From contig CATQHB010000002.1 in assembly GCA_958295765.1 (NCBI GenBank), forward strand, positions 2,928,091 through 2,992,090: 64,000 nucleotides of DNA. Direction: 5' to 3'. Positions within the stretch are counted from its first letter, which is position 1, and each line of letters begins with the position of its first letter. This stretch comes from an uncultured Dehalococcoidia bacterium. GTDB lineage: Bacteria; Chloroflexota; Dehalococcoidia; Lucifugimonadales; UBA3495. The position numbers and the translations under genes are program-made. Below are positions 24,836-34,639 of the stretch, in pieces. Below the pieces are notes generated by a model. That model was not told where the DNA came from, ran no database searches, and was given only the letters and a program-made list of their open reading frames with translations.

Positions 24836-26362
24836 ATGCGATTGCCCTCCGCCCCGCTCTCCCCGGCTTTAAGCCGTTACTACGCTGATGTATTCAAGTT
24901 TATATTCGCCGGGCTGCTGATTGCGCTGGCTTTTGCGGCGACTTACACCTCATCCCCGGCGGCCTTTTCCGAGGCGGATTTCCGGCAGATTGTCTTATTC
25001 GGCTTGGCGGTCAATGCCGTCCTGCTGCTGGTGGCGGCGCTGCTGCACCTGCGGTTCCGGCTGGCCGCAAACGTCTTGCTGACCCTGGTGGTGCTGGTCG
25101 GCGCCGGGACGGCGTACATCATTCACACCGACCTGTACCTCACCGGAAACCGGGTCGTGCTCATCCTGCTGTTTGCCTCCTTCAGCGCCGGGCTGTTCGT
25201 GGCCTTTCAGGTCATTGACCAGGGACGCTGGGCCGGCGTTGGCCTAGCGGCGGCGGCGTTAGTGGCCCTGGGGATTATTGCCGGCGGTCAGTTGGCGGCC
25301 GGCAGTACTGTGAAGGGAGACGTTGCCAACGTCCGGGACATCACCTTTCAAGATACGCCGAACCTGTATTTCATCTCTTTCGACGGAGTGGCGCCCCTCC
25401 CGGTACTCAACAGATACCTGGACTTGGAAGCTACCGAGTTTCACGATTTATTTGAGGCAAACTTCCGGCGGTTCCCCAATTTTTTCTCCAACTCGGTCAA
25501 TACCGCTCACTCTCTCAACACCCTTTTTTCGCTGGACGTGGACATTTATACTTCGCTGTTGGAGGAGTTACATCGGCAAGGCGCCGAACCCAACCCTTAC
25601 CTGATTGCCGGCCAGAACCCCAGCCCGCTGCTCAACGTCCTGGCCCGGAACGGCTACGAAACCACCGCCATCTACGTTGACAACTACTTCGGGAGCCGCC
25701 AAGGCCCGTATATCGACCACTACATCACCTTTGAGGAAAACACCGCCTGCAATCTGTTGGATGACGGCATCAAAGGAATGGCCTTCTGGGGCTACTGCCG
25801 CTTTTTTGACGGAAGTTACAATTGGGATAACCAGCTTACCGTCGAGCAGATTACCAAAGTGAACGTCAACGGCGGGCCGCAATTCGTGATGGCCCACCTG
25901 TATGCGCCGGGACACGCGGACGCATCATTCCGGTACGATAACGCCGAGGAGCGGAAAAAATTCGGGGCTAAATACCTGGAGGAAAGCGAAAAAGCGGCCG
26001 GCTACCTGGAGTCAATCCTCGGCCATTTGCAGGAAAACGACCCGGAGGCCATCCTGTTCGTGTACAGCGACCACGGCGCTTTGCTGTCCCAGGGGCTGGC
26101 TTTCCGGGACGCCCCGGCGTTTGTCGTCCAGGACAATTACGGCATCCTGGGCGGCATCTATCCCCCGGACGCCTGCGCCGCCGAGTTGGACGAAGCCTCA
26201 GCCCGGGGCTATATGACTACGCTGGACGCCGCTCACGCCCTGCTCCGCTGCTTGTCCGGCGGGGCCAGCGTCCTCATCGACCCGCCGCCCTATACCCGCC
26301 CGGCCTACGGCCCGATTCCCTGGGAGGCCCAACTTGACTACAAGGAGTTTCTGTATGAGTGA
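24836..26362 (+). CDS. polytopic membrane protein with C-terminal alkaline-phosphatase/sulfatase-like domain (tentative)
   Basis: 508 aa with about 5 N-terminal hydrophobic helices. The soluble part has FISFDGV and VYSDHGALL motifs, reminiscent of LTA-synthase or phosphoethanolamine-transferase type enzymes. Confidence 0.4.
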   Translation: MRLPSAPLSPALSRYYADVFKFIFAGLLIALAFAATYTSSPAAFSEADFRQIVLFGLAVNAVLLLVAALLHLRFRLAANVLLTLVVLVGAGTAYIIHTDLYLTGNRVVLILLFASFSAGLFVAFQVIDQGRWAGVGLAAAALVALGIIAGGQLAAGSTVKGDVANVRDITFQDTPNLYFISFDGVAPLPVLNRYLDLEATEFHDLFEANFRRFPNFFSNSVNTAHSLNTLFSLDVDIYTSLLEELHRQGAEPNPYLIAGQNPSPLLNVLARNGYETTAIYVDNYFGSRQGPYIDHYITFEENTACNLLDDGIKGMAFWGYCRFFDGSYNWDNQLTVEQITKVNVNGGPQFVMAHLYAPGHADASFRYDNAEERKKFGAKYLEESEKAAGYLESILGHLQENDPEAILFVYSDHGALLSQGLAFRDAPAFVVQDNYGILGGIYPPDACAAELDEASARGYMTTLDAAHALLRCLSGGASVLIDPPPYTRPAYGPIPWEAQLDYKEFLYE

Positions 26363-26582
26363 AACTGTACCGGTTATCCTGGCCTACATTGACCCCGGCT
26401 CGGCCAGTTTCGTCATCCTGTCGGTGTTGGGGTTTATGGCGGCCGTCGGGTACGTCGTGCGGGGCTGGCTCAGCCAGTTGAAACAGTCGATATTCCGCCG
26501 CCGGCCGGTCGCCTCAGCAAGCAAAAAGCGCAAGGCCAGGCCCGCCGGCCGGGCCGGACGCGCCGGACGCGCCGGGCGTTAA
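26355..26582 (+). CDS. small membrane protein
   Basis: MSETVPVILAYIDPGSASFVILSVLGFMAAVGYVV has one TM helix, followed by a basic tail ending in AGR repeats. It overlaps the upstream stop. Confidence 0.35.
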   Translation: MSETVPVILAYIDPGSASFVILSVLGFMAAVGYVVRGWLSQLKQSIFRRRPVASASKKRKARPAGRAGRAGRAGR

Positions 26583-26587
26583 AGGGG

Positions 26588-28006
26588 ATGTTGAACGCTG
26601 ACGGCGGCTCTTTCAAGGATCCCGCCGGCCGGGTCTATCGGGTTGCGGATGCGACCGGGGAGGGCCGCATCCTGCGCGGGCTGAACGGCGATGCGGCGGC
26701 CACGCTGGAAAAGCTGCTGGCCGAGCCGTTTTTCCGCAGTCTGGCCGCCGCCGGGGACGTAGCGGCGACGACCCTGTTGGATGACCAGGACAGCGCCGCC
26801 CGTAGCGTGCTGGCCGAGGGTTGGGCGGCGGTAGCGGAACACCAAGCCGTAGATTTCCTTACCTGGCCCTACGAGTGGCCCTTTTCAATGCTCCAGGACG
26901 CGGCCCTGCTGCAACTGCGCCTGCTGGAAACCAGCGTGCGGCACGGCTGGATCCTCAAGGACGCGACGCCGTTCAATATCCAATGGCCGGGGGCGCGGCC
27001 GGTTTTCATCGACGTGCCGTCCTTCGTTCCCTGGGCGGAGGGCGAATACTGGCAAGGCTATCGCCAGTTCTGCGCTACTTTTCTGACGCCGCTGCTGCTG
27101 GCGGCGCACCTGGGCATCCCCTTTCAGCCCCTGCTCCGCTCCCGGTTGGAGGGCATCCCGCCGGAGGAGGCGGTGAAGTATTTCTACGGGTTGCGGCGGT
27201 TCAAGCGGGGCGTCCTGTCCCACGTATGGTTTCCGGCTAAGGCGGAACGCCGGGCGCAAAGGCGCGCCGGCCGGGGCCGCCCGGCCCAGGAGAACGCCCG
27301 GCGCCGGCAGCCGACTACGATGCTGCTGGCCCTGCTGGACAGCCTGAAACGGCTGATAACCGGCCTGTCCTACGGGCCGGCCGGTTCGGATTGGGCGCGG
27401 TACGCGGAAACCCACTCTTACCCGCCGGAGGATTTTGCGCGGAAACAGGACTTCGTTGAAAGGCACACGGCGGCGCGGCGTCCCGGCCTGACCTGGGACT
27501 TGGGCGCAAATACCGGGGCCTTTTCCCGCATTGCGGCCCAACACTCCCGGCTGGTGGTGGCGGTGGACGGCGACCAGGACGCGGTGGAAAGGCTCTACCG
27601 CGAGGCCCGGGACGGCGGGCCGGAGAACATCATCCCCCTGGTGATAGACTTGTCCAACCTATCGCCCGGCCAGGGTTGGGCCGGCGGGGAGCGCGCCGCC
27701 TTTGACCGGCGGGCCAAGCCGGACCTGGCCCTCTGCCTGGCCCTGGTGCATCACCTCCGCGTCTCCGCCAACATCCCCCTGCCCCTGTTTATCGGCTGGC
27801 TCCGCAGCCTGGACGCGGCGGTCATCATCGAGTTTGTCGGGCGCGACGATGAGATGTTTCAGGCGCTGCTGGAGAACAAGCGGGAGAACTATGCGGACTA
27901 TACCGCCGAGAACTTTGCCAGCGAACTAGGCCGCCACTTCGCAGTGCGCGACCAACTGACCCTGAAAGGCGGCGCGCGGGAACTGTTTATGCTGGAGCCG
28001 GCTTGA
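26588..28006 (+). CDS. class I SAM-dependent methyltransferase with large N-terminal domain
   Basis: 472 aa. C-terminal TWDLGANTGAFSRIAA...VVAVDGD is a motif I/II-like pattern. The N-terminal FKDPAGRVYR region is typical of this two-domain family. Confidence 0.5.
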   Translation: MLNADGGSFKDPAGRVYRVADATGEGRILRGLNGDAAATLEKLLAEPFFRSLAAAGDVAATTLLDDQDSAARSVLAEGWAAVAEHQAVDFLTWPYEWPFSMLQDAALLQLRLLETSVRHGWILKDATPFNIQWPGARPVFIDVPSFVPWAEGEYWQGYRQFCATFLTPLLLAAHLGIPFQPLLRSRLEGIPPEEAVKYFYGLRRFKRGVLSHVWFPAKAERRAQRRAGRGRPAQENARRRQPTTMLLALLDSLKRLITGLSYGPAGSDWARYAETHSYPPEDFARKQDFVERHTAARRPGLTWDLGANTGAFSRIAAQHSRLVVAVDGDQDAVERLYREARDGGPENIIPLVIDLSNLSPGQGWAGGERAAFDRRAKPDLALCLALVHHLRVSANIPLPLFIGWLRSLDAAVIIEFVGRDDEMFQALLENKRENYADYTAENFASELGRHFAVRDQLTLKGGARELFMLEPA

Positions 28007-28102
28007 TTGGAACCCGGATTGATGGCAACCGCCGGTAGCGGGGGAAACCGGCCCCACAGGGCAATCGCCTTTTAACCAGGACAACCCTGGCAACCCAAGG
28101 AA

Positions 28103-28199
28103 CCGTCGTTCCGGCGAAAGCCGGAATCCAGAATCCTCAGTAGCCGGCCCGTTCTTTCCCCGGGGATTTCCTGGATTCCGGCTTTCGCCGGAACGACGG
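28103..28199. repeat. REP-D element
   Basis: Full-length copy. Confidence 0.9.
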
Positions 28200-28287
28200 T
28201 TTTGTTGCCGGCGGTTCTGCTACCGAAGGCTATGTATCCCGGCCGGCGCCGGAATGACGGGTTTATGGTGCGATTGCCCTGAACGGA

Positions 28288-28536
28288 TGGTTCGACAGGC
28301 TCACCATGAGCGATATTGTTCTCACCATGAGCGGGTATTGTCGGTTTCCCTGCCTACCCGTCCCGCTCATCCTGAGCTTGTCGAAGGGCTGAATTGGGGT
28401 GGTTCGACAGGCTCACCATGAGCGATATTGTCGGTTGCCCTGCCTACCCGTCCCGCTCATCCTGAGCTTGTCGAAGGATGGTGTGCCGGTGGTTCGACAG
28501 GCTCACCATGAGCGATATTGTTCTCACCATGAGCGG
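28288..28536. repeat. REP-A cluster (about three elements)
   Basis: GGTTCGACAGGCTCACCATGAGCG / CCGCTCATCCTGAGCTTGTCGAAGG alternate three times. Confidence 0.85.
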
Positions 28537-28544
28537 ATATTGTC

Positions 28545-28758
28545 GGTATTCTCAACCGGTGTAGGTGTTCCTTGCCCGGCTTTAGTGCATTGTAGGGGCG
28601 GGTTTATAACCCGCCCTGGTTCCGGGGTAAGGATGTGTCGGATACGATGTATCCGTTACTTAAATGATTTTGCCGTTGTTGCCAGGGCGGGTTACAAACC
28701 CGTCCCTACCGGCCGCCGGAGTATTCCGGCCAGAGCGCCAACTCCTGTTGAGAATACC
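28545..28758. repeat. REP-B full-length MITE-like element
   Basis: Outer GGTATTCTCAACCGGTGTAGG ... CCTGTTGAGAATACC arms; inner pair at 28592..28710. Confidence 0.8.
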
Positions 28759-28881
28759 CGCCCGGATTCAACCCTTGTATATCCCCGTTTCCTTTGCTAC
28801 AATCGCCCCCGTAGTCCGGTCAGCCGGATTATGCCCTAAAGTTAGAAAATGGCTTAAAGTGTGACAGGAGGAGGTAGCATT

Positions 28882-29661
28882 ATGCCATCGTTTTGGGAGA
28901 ATCTGAGGTTTGCCGGCGACCGGGAGTTTGACGACCTGCACGGATACCAGGGGTTGGATATGGTCGCCTACGTCAGCCATCCCGCGCCCAGCGAAGGCGT
29001 CAGTTGGCCGGCGGTGATAGTAGTTCAGGAGGCTTTCGGGGTCAACGACCACATCCAGAAGGTATGCGACCGTTTCGCCGCCAACGGCTACGTCGCCATC
29101 GCGCCGTCGGTGTTCCACCGGGAGCATCCCAACCCCAAGCTCGGCTACACCGAGCAGGATATGAACGTGGCGATTAACCAGTATATGGCCGCCCTGCGCG
29201 ACAATGAACTGGTTGACGACATCAACGCTACCATCAAGTTCGTCCAGAGTGAGTACCAGCGCACCGTCGGCCAGAAGGTGGGCATCGTCGGCTACTGCGT
29301 GGGCGGGCGGATAACCTACCTGGCGGCCACCAGTTGCCCCGGCCTCAGCGCCGCCGTGGCCTACTACCCCGGTCGGGTGCTGGTGCCTTTCGGCGACGGC
29401 CCGGCCCCCATTGACCTGACCGGGAACATCAGCATCCCGCTGATGGGGCAGTTCGGCGACCAGGACGCCAACCCGACGCCGGAGGACGTGGCGGTCATTG
29501 AGGAACGGGTGAAGGCCGCCGGCATAACCTACGATTTCAAGATGTACGAGGGCGCCGGCCATGGTTTCAACTGCGACGAGCGGGGCAGCTATGACGCCGC
29601 CGCCGCCGAGGACGCCTGGAGCCGTACCCTGGGCTGGTTCGACCAGTACCTGAAGAACTAA
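28882..29661 (+). CDS. dienelactone hydrolase family protein
   Basis: 259 aa from ATG 28882 (AGGAGGAGG 7 nt upstream). VIVVQEAFGVNDHI, nucleophile elbow GYCVGG, and C-terminal GAGHGF. Confidence 0.8.
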   Translation: MPSFWENLRFAGDREFDDLHGYQGLDMVAYVSHPAPSEGVSWPAVIVVQEAFGVNDHIQKVCDRFAANGYVAIAPSVFHREHPNPKLGYTEQDMNVAINQYMAALRDNELVDDINATIKFVQSEYQRTVGQKVGIVGYCVGGRITYLAATSCPGLSAAVAYYPGRVLVPFGDGPAPIDLTGNISIPLMGQFGDQDANPTPEDVAVIEERVKAAGITYDFKMYEGAGHGFNCDERGSYDAAAAEDAWSRTLGWFDQYLKN

Positions 29662-29723
29662 GGGGAGTTTTGTCCCCGAACCGGCAGAAGGTTCACCGAT
29701 GCGGGGATAAGGAGATAAGGGGA

Positions 29724-29758
29724 GGCCCGGCTGCGTTAAGCGTAGCCGGGCCTTTTTG
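29724..29758 (+). terminator. rho-independent terminator of the dienelactone hydrolase gene
   Basis: GGCCCGGCT-11 nt-AGCCGGGCC followed by TTTTTGTT. Confidence 0.75.
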
Positions 29759-29846
29759 TTGTGGGGCCTCATTATCGGTTAGGTCAAGTTACTGACCCTG
29801 ATTAAATTAACCCAACCCCCATTGAAATAATTAAGGGTATCCGGAC

Positions 29847-30434
29847 TCACCCGATAACTATTTCCGGGCCTATTTCCAGCAGTTCCTCCGGTATTCGCCA
29901 CCAGATTTGCCAACTCATTGATGGACGGAGAGAAAACTTGACGCCGTACTGGTTCGTCTGCTCCCAAGCGGCGCCAGCTTGTTCCCATCGGTTACTTCGT
30001 AAACCAGTCAAATGCTCAGCATTGGCGTAAACAATTCGATAGTGATGATGCCTTCCGTTGTCATCATCAACTTTTCGGTAAGGAACCGAGATAATTTCTG
30101 AACTGTTATTGTTCAGGTATTGGGTGATGCGCTGAAAGTCCCCGTCAAATCTCCCAAGCCTATGGCCTGACAAGGTGAGGTGGCCTGCCCTAATTGAGCC
30201 AGACTTTATTTGCAGGAGAGAAACGTCGCCATTGGTGCGGACTCGTATGTCGGCTGCATCGTCGTGTCCAGCTTCTTTCCAAAAGGCGTGGTGCTGAGCG
30301 CGGTTGTCCGATTGGATAGCACGGAAAATTAACTCCTCCAATTCCCAGCCAGAACACCGGCCAGAAAACAGAGCATGGTATTGCTCCAAATCTTGCCGGA
30401 GATGCTGCTGCATTATTGCCGTCAAACGGTACAT
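29847..30434 (-). CDS. putative type II restriction endonuclease
   Basis: 195 aa with no family I recognise. It starts 2 nt after the stop of the adjacent DNA methyltransferase, in the same AT-rich islet. Candidate PD-(D/E)xK-like pattern: DIRVRTNGDVSLLQIKS. Confidence 0.5.
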   Translation of the reverse strand: MYRLTAIMQQHLRQDLEQYHALFSGRCSGWELEELIFRAIQSDNRAQHHAFWKEAGHDDAADIRVRTNGDVSLLQIKSGSIRAGHLTLSGHRLGRFDGDFQRITQYLNNNSSEIISVPYRKVDDDNGRHHHYRIVYANAEHLTGLRSNRWEQAGAAWEQTNQYGVKFSLRPSMSWQIWWRIPEELLEIGPEIVIG

Positions 30435-30436
30435 AA

Positions 30437-31468
30437 CTACTCCCTCCGATTATGCTTGACCCATTGCCTAGCGAAATAGGCATATTCGGGGTTTATCTCA
30501 ATCCCCAAAAATTCTACGCCCAACTCTTGAGCTACAACGCACTCAGCCCCGGAGCCGGCAAAAGGAATCAGCACCTTACCGCCAGATCCGTTTATCCGGG
30601 ACAAAATCAGCCGCTTGGTTAGTTCCATAGGTTTCTGCGTTGGATGTTTGAGAACGTCGTGGCTACGGTGGTTTTTCAGGGCAGCGGGCGGATACAGCGT
30701 CATATCGCAGGAACGGCAGACAAACCAACGCTCTGAGCGTCCAGCGCCACCGGCGAGTGCTGGAACCTTCATAACGTCCCGTGGTAGAGCGCCACCAGCG
30801 TGGGCATTGTAGATAGTGGCCTTGCCATTGGCACCAAAACGAGACGGCGTCCCTCGACGTTCCTTGCCGGCGCATTTCAGGTAATTCTTGGTGTAAGGTT
30901 CCCGTATCTGGTCGACTTCCAAGTCGGGCCGATGTTCACCAGGTCGCCACAGGCACAGGATTGTTTCGTGCGACCGCTGCCAGAACCGGCCGGCCGGCAC
31001 GGTCTTGTTGGTGTAGTGCCAGACCAGCCACCGTTGTTCTTCGATTGGATAATGCGCTGCTACTCGGGCGATTATCTCAGGGAACCCGTACAGGTAGATT
31101 AACCCGCCCTCGGTCAAAAGCTGAAAACAGTCTGACAACCAGTTTTTAGTCCACTCGATATATCGCCCGATTGGCATTGTGTCTTGATTATTACCGAAGT
31201 CCTTGCCGATATTATACGGGGGGTCAGCGATGATAATGTCGAATGATTCCTTGGCGTTCCGTAGTTGCTGCAAAACATCGGCGGCATCGCCGGTAATTAT
31301 GCCGTTCTCGGCCCGGGTAATGACTGAAGTATCGGCATTATAGGTTTGACGGATTTCGTGCTCGCCGTTAGACGTGCTATTGTGTCCCGGCCAGAACTTG
31401 CCGTTCAGTTTCTCCTGCTCCGCCCGGCTTATCCGAGGCTCGTTGATGAAGCCTTCTGTGGTGGTCAT
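30437..31468 (-). CDS. DNA methyltransferase, beta-class N4/N6 (N6_N4_Mtase type)
   Basis: 343 aa. Motif IV IIADPPYN lies N-terminal, and HPTQKP plus motif I IPFAGSGAE lie C-terminal (order IV to I). Spot counts are about 40% GC. Confidence 0.85.
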   Translation of the reverse strand: MTTTEGFINEPRISRAEQEKLNGKFWPGHNSTSNGEHEIRQTYNADTSVITRAENGIITGDAADVLQQLRNAKESFDIIIADPPYNIGKDFGNNQDTMPIGRYIEWTKNWLSDCFQLLTEGGLIYLYGFPEIIARVAAHYPIEEQRWLVWHYTNKTVPAGRFWQRSHETILCLWRPGEHRPDLEVDQIREPYTKNYLKCAGKERRGTPSRFGANGKATIYNAHAGGALPRDVMKVPALAGGAGRSERWFVCRSCDMTLYPPAALKNHRSHDVLKHPTQKPMELTKRLILSRINGSGGKVLIPFAGSGAECVVAQELGVEFLGIEINPEYAYFARQWVKHNRRE

Positions 31469-31510
31469 TCCATCACTCCGACATTACCTTCGTTGGGAGC
31501 ATAATATATT

Positions 31511-31539
31511 GGCCGTTGACCTGTGGTCAACGGCCTTTT
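31511..31539. terminator. 11-bp hairpin between the TPP-decarboxylase operon and the R-M islet
   Basis: GGCCGTTGACC-tgt-GGTCAACGGCC followed by TTTT on the plus strand and an A/T-rich run on the minus strand. Confidence 0.45.
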
Positions 31540-31553
31540 GACATCGGCTGTTG

Positions 31554-32114
31554 TTATTTTGAGACGCCAAAACTCCCCCGGAACCGGTACAGCGTCATTT
31601 CCGGCTCTATGGGCGCCACCGGCATATACTCCGTTTCCTCAATCTTGGCGACGATGAACCAGGGGCCGGGGGTTTCCAGGGCCTGGCGGAACACCCCTTC
31701 CAAGTCTTCCAGGTTGTTGACGGTGGCCGTTTGGGGGATGCTGCAACTCTGGGCCACCTTTTCCAGGTCGGTTCCCAGCGCGGTGTGGCTGGACTGGTGG
31801 CCGGTCTGCCCCCACTCCTCGTTGTCCCACACCACCACCACCAGGTTTTGGGGCTGTTCCCGCCCGATGCTGGCGATGGTGCCCAGGTTCATCAACAGCG
31901 ACCCGTCCCCGTCCAGGGAAATCACCTGCTCCTCGGTGGAGAGGGCCATGCCCAGGGCAATGGATGAGCAAAGGCCCATGTTGCCGTAGGTGTAAAAGTT
32001 GCGGTCCCGGTGGCCGGCGTGCCATAACTCGTCGGTGGTCGGCCCCAGGTTGCTGACGATGGGCCGGTTTTCGGCGTGGCGCAGAATTAGCTGGGTAGCT
32101 TCAAACCTATGCAA
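31554..32114 (-). CDS. comE: sulfopyruvate/phosphonopyruvate decarboxylase-like TPP enzyme, beta subunit
   Basis: 186 aa with the TPP-binding motif LDGDGSLLMNLG...VVWDNEEWGQTG. Confidence 0.7.
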   Translation of the reverse strand: MHRFEATQLILRHAENRPIVSNLGPTTDELWHAGHRDRNFYTYGNMGLCSSIALGMALSTEEQVISLDGDGSLLMNLGTIASIGREQPQNLVVVVWDNEEWGQTGHQSSHTALGTDLEKVAQSCSIPQTATVNNLEDLEGVFRQALETPGPWFIVAKIEETEYMPVAPIEPEMTLYRFRGSFGVSK

Positions 32115-32613
32115 GTTTGCCTCCGTGGAGCAATTGGGTCAGGCAGATGGCGACCGGCTGGCGGTTGGCGTGGCACAGCTTCAGCGCGCCATCCACTATC
32201 TTGTCCATATTGTATTCGTCATCCAGGGTAAAATGCACCAGGCCCAGCACGTCCAGAATGGGCCGGGTGCCGCGGCCCATGGGCACCTGGGCGATGTTGA
32301 ACTCGCCGGGGCCGCCCCGCAGGTTGATAAAGATGGGTATGGGCGTGCGGGCCGGGATGCACAGGCTGGCGAGGGCGTTGATGCTGTTGCCGAAGCCGCT
32401 GGACTGCATAAAGACGGCGGAGTTGCGGCCGGTGGCGTAGGCGCCTACCGCCACGCCGAGGGCCTCCTCCTCCCGAGTGGCCGAAACCAGGTGAAAGAAG
32501 GGGTCGTCGTCAATCAGGGTGGTAACCCGGTCAATGGATACGTCCGGCACGTAAGCCACCAGAGACGTATCCCAATTCTTCAACCCCTGAACAATAATGT
32601 CAGTCCAAGCCAT
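32107..32613 (-). CDS. comD: sulfopyruvate/phosphonopyruvate decarboxylase-like TPP enzyme, alpha subunit
   Basis: About 168 aa from ATG 32613 (MAWTDIIVQGL). Pyrimidine-binding-domain pattern SATREEEALGVAVGAY..GR.SAVFMQSSGFGNS. It overlaps the beta subunit gene by 8 nt. Confidence 0.7.
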   Translation of the reverse strand: MAWTDIIVQGLKNWDTSLVAYVPDVSIDRVTTLIDDDPFFHLVSATREEEALGVAVGAYATGRNSAVFMQSSGFGNSINALASLCIPARTPIPIFINLRGGPGEFNIAQVPMGRGTRPILDVLGLVHFTLDDEYNMDKIVDGALKLCHANRQPVAICLTQLLHGGKLA

Positions 32614-32750
32614 AGCCCATTTACCCCCGATACCGGTCTGGATGCCCTGCAAAACCGCAATCCAAGATAGCAGTATTGTACGGGTATGTCAAAGTTGCGT
32701 GGTTTTGGGCAGGCCGGGCAACTGCGTCTTAACCAGGTCAACCCAAGCAA

Positions 32751-32780
32751 CCGTCGTTCCGGCGAAAGCCGGAACGACGG
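32751..32780. repeat. REP-D minimal form
   Basis: CCGTCGTTCCGGCGAAAGCCGGAACGACGG: only the terminal stem closed by a GAAA loop, with no internal segment. Confidence 0.85.
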
Positions 32781-32898
32781 GTTTATGATGCGATTGACCG
32801 GCGAATTTCAGGGACTGCCGCAAAAAGGTGATACGGCCGGCTTTTGCCGCAGAAAGTTTCGTGACTTGGTGCAGTTGGGGTATCTGCCCAGGGGATTG

Positions 32899-33768
32899 TC
32901 AGTTTTCCGGGGAGATGACGACGGTAACGCCGTTGGCGTCGGCCAGGTCGATGCGCTCCTGGTCTATCTGGACGCCGATGACGACGGGCAACACGGTTTG
33001 GCCGATCGCCGAGGACAGTATGGCGGCGCGCTGCTGGGCGCGGGTGATGTCATCGTCTCCGATAGTTACGGACAATTCGGCGACTACGTACGGTTCAGTT
33101 TGGTCAGAACGGCGGTGGCCGGTGAAAATAAGGTCGGCCCTTTCCAGTTCATGCACCTGTTCTTCAGTGATGATTCCGTTATTTTCAGCGGCGTAGATCG
33201 AATTAAAGAAATCCTGATTGGCCTGGTATCCTCTCAGAATATGGATTAAGCGTATTCCTAGGTGTTGTCCGGCGATGCTCGAGATGTTCTTTTCGATCTT
33301 GAACTCGTAGTTCATTCCCAACCCGTTGTCCAGTCTCCCGTCGAGCCGGTCAAATCGGCTGTCGATACCGTCGAATCTGCTGTCCATTCGGTCCAGCCGG
33401 CCGTCGATGCTATCTAATCTGCCGTCGGTGTGGTCCTGCCGGCCGTCGATGCTGTCCAATCTGCCGTCGATGCGGTCCAGCCGACCGAAAACCATTTGGA
33501 AGTTCCGGTCAGTGGCTTCAATGAATTCATCCAGCCGCTGGTTGGTCGCGGCCAGGGCCGTTTCCAGGCTGGACACACCGGCTTTCAGTTCAGTCAATCG
33601 CTCGTTGGCGATACGGTTGTTTTCCCGGGTCAGTTGGACGAACTCGTTGAACCGCTCCGGCAGGCTCAACAGTTCTTCGCTCAGCAAGGCGCCGCGCACG
33701 GCTTCGGCCCATTCGGGCTGTTCCTTGATGATACGCAGCAGGTCGGCGATGTCGTTGATGGTGGTCAT
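32899..33768 (-). CDS. coiled-coil protein with tandem heptad repeats and nuclease-like C-terminal domain (paralogue 1)
   Basis: 289 aa from ATG 33768 (MTTINDIADLL, matching the paralogue's start). Seven DGRLDSI-type heptads are encoded by 21-bp repeats (33325..33486). C-terminal ADLIF..(13)..VVAELSVTIGDDDITRAQQRA. Confidence 0.6.
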   Translation of the reverse strand: MTTINDIADLLRIIKEQPEWAEAVRGALLSEELLSLPERFNEFVQLTRENNRIANERLTELKAGVSSLETALAATNQRLDEFIEATDRNFQMVFGRLDRIDGRLDSIDGRQDHTDGRLDSIDGRLDRMDSRFDGIDSRFDRLDGRLDNGLGMNYEFKIEKNISSIAGQHLGIRLIHILRGYQANQDFFNSIYAAENNGIITEEQVHELERADLIFTGHRRSDQTEPYVVAELSVTIGDDDITRAQQRAAILSSAIGQTVLPVVIGVQIDQERIDLADANGVTVVISPEN

Positions 33769-33775
33769 AGCGTTG

Positions 33776-33804
33776 ATTTTACACTGCCTTGACGGTTTTG
33801 TCAT
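33776..33804 (-). promoter_or_regulatory. leaderless-type promoter of paralogue 1
   Basis: On the minus strand: ATGACA, 17 nt, TAAAAT, 7 nt, ATG. The same architecture occurs upstream of paralogue 2. Confidence 0.55.
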
Positions 33805-33931
33805 CAGTCCGGTTGCCGGGGCAGAATGACGGGTTTATGCTGCGGTTGCCCGGCGGACTCTCCTCCTATAATTGGCATCGCGGTGGCTCGGTGTTAAAAT
33901 CGCCCCAATTTATGGTTTGGGAGGTGCGACT

Positions 33932-34540
33932 TTGCAGATTGACCCCCGCAGCTTTGGCAACTTTTACCGGGTGCTTACCGGGGTGGTGGTGCCGCGCCCC
34001 ATTGCCTTTGTTTCCACCGTGTCGGCGGACGGCGTGGCAAACCTGGCGCCCTTTTCCTTCTTTAACGCCGTGGCCCCCGACCCGCCTACCGTCGTCTTCT
34101 CTTCCTCCCGCCACGCCGGGCGCAAGGACAAGGATACGTTGACCAACGTGGAGGCTACCGGGGAGTTTGTGGTGAACGTGGTGGTGGATGATATTGCCGA
34201 GGCGATGAACCGAACCGCCGCCGAGTATCCCGCCGAGGCCAACGAGTTTGCAATCGCCGGGCTGACCGAGGCGCCCTCCAGCATCGTCAAGGCGCCCCGG
34301 GTAGCCGAATCGCCGGTAAATATGGAGTGCCGCTTAAACCGGGTAATCGACATCGGGGAGGGCGACCACCAGCACGGCCTGGTCATCGGTGAGGTTGTTC
34401 TGCTGCACATCCGGGACGACCTGATTGACGGCCACCGGATTAACCACCAACGGCTCAAGCCCACCGGCCGCCTGGCCGGAAGTATGTACTGCCATACCGC
34501 CGACACCTTTGAGATGGTGCGCCCGGTGTATGAGCCGTAG
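33932..34540 (+). CDS. flavin reductase family protein (FMN-binding split barrel)
   Basis: FYRVLTGVVVPRPIAFVSTVSADGVANLAPFSFFNAVAPDPP. Start set at TTG 33932 (GGGAGGTG 5 nt upstream); the ORF-track start is 33872. Confidence 0.75.
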   Translation: MQIDPRSFGNFYRVLTGVVVPRPIAFVSTVSADGVANLAPFSFFNAVAPDPPTVVFSSSRHAGRKDKDTLTNVEATGEFVVNVVVDDIAEAMNRTAAEYPAEANEFAIAGLTEAPSSIVKAPRVAESPVNMECRLNRVIDIGEGDHQHGLVIGEVVLLHIRDDLIDGHRINHQRLKPTGRLAGSMYCHTADTFEMVRPVYEP

Positions 34541-34639
34541 TCGGTCTTTCACTCTTGGGGCGTAAAGGGCCACCGAAGGAACCGGGAGATTCACAGTGAA
34601 TCTCCCGGTTTAGCTGCGCCTTTGAGGGAAAACTCCCGG

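Noticed and set aside
31554-32613. Split TPP decarboxylase pair as evidence for a coenzyme M or phosphonate biosynthetic cluster
   Set aside because: No pepM, comA/B/C or other pathway genes are adjacent. The neighbours are an R-M islet and unrelated genes, so only the enzyme family call is supportable.
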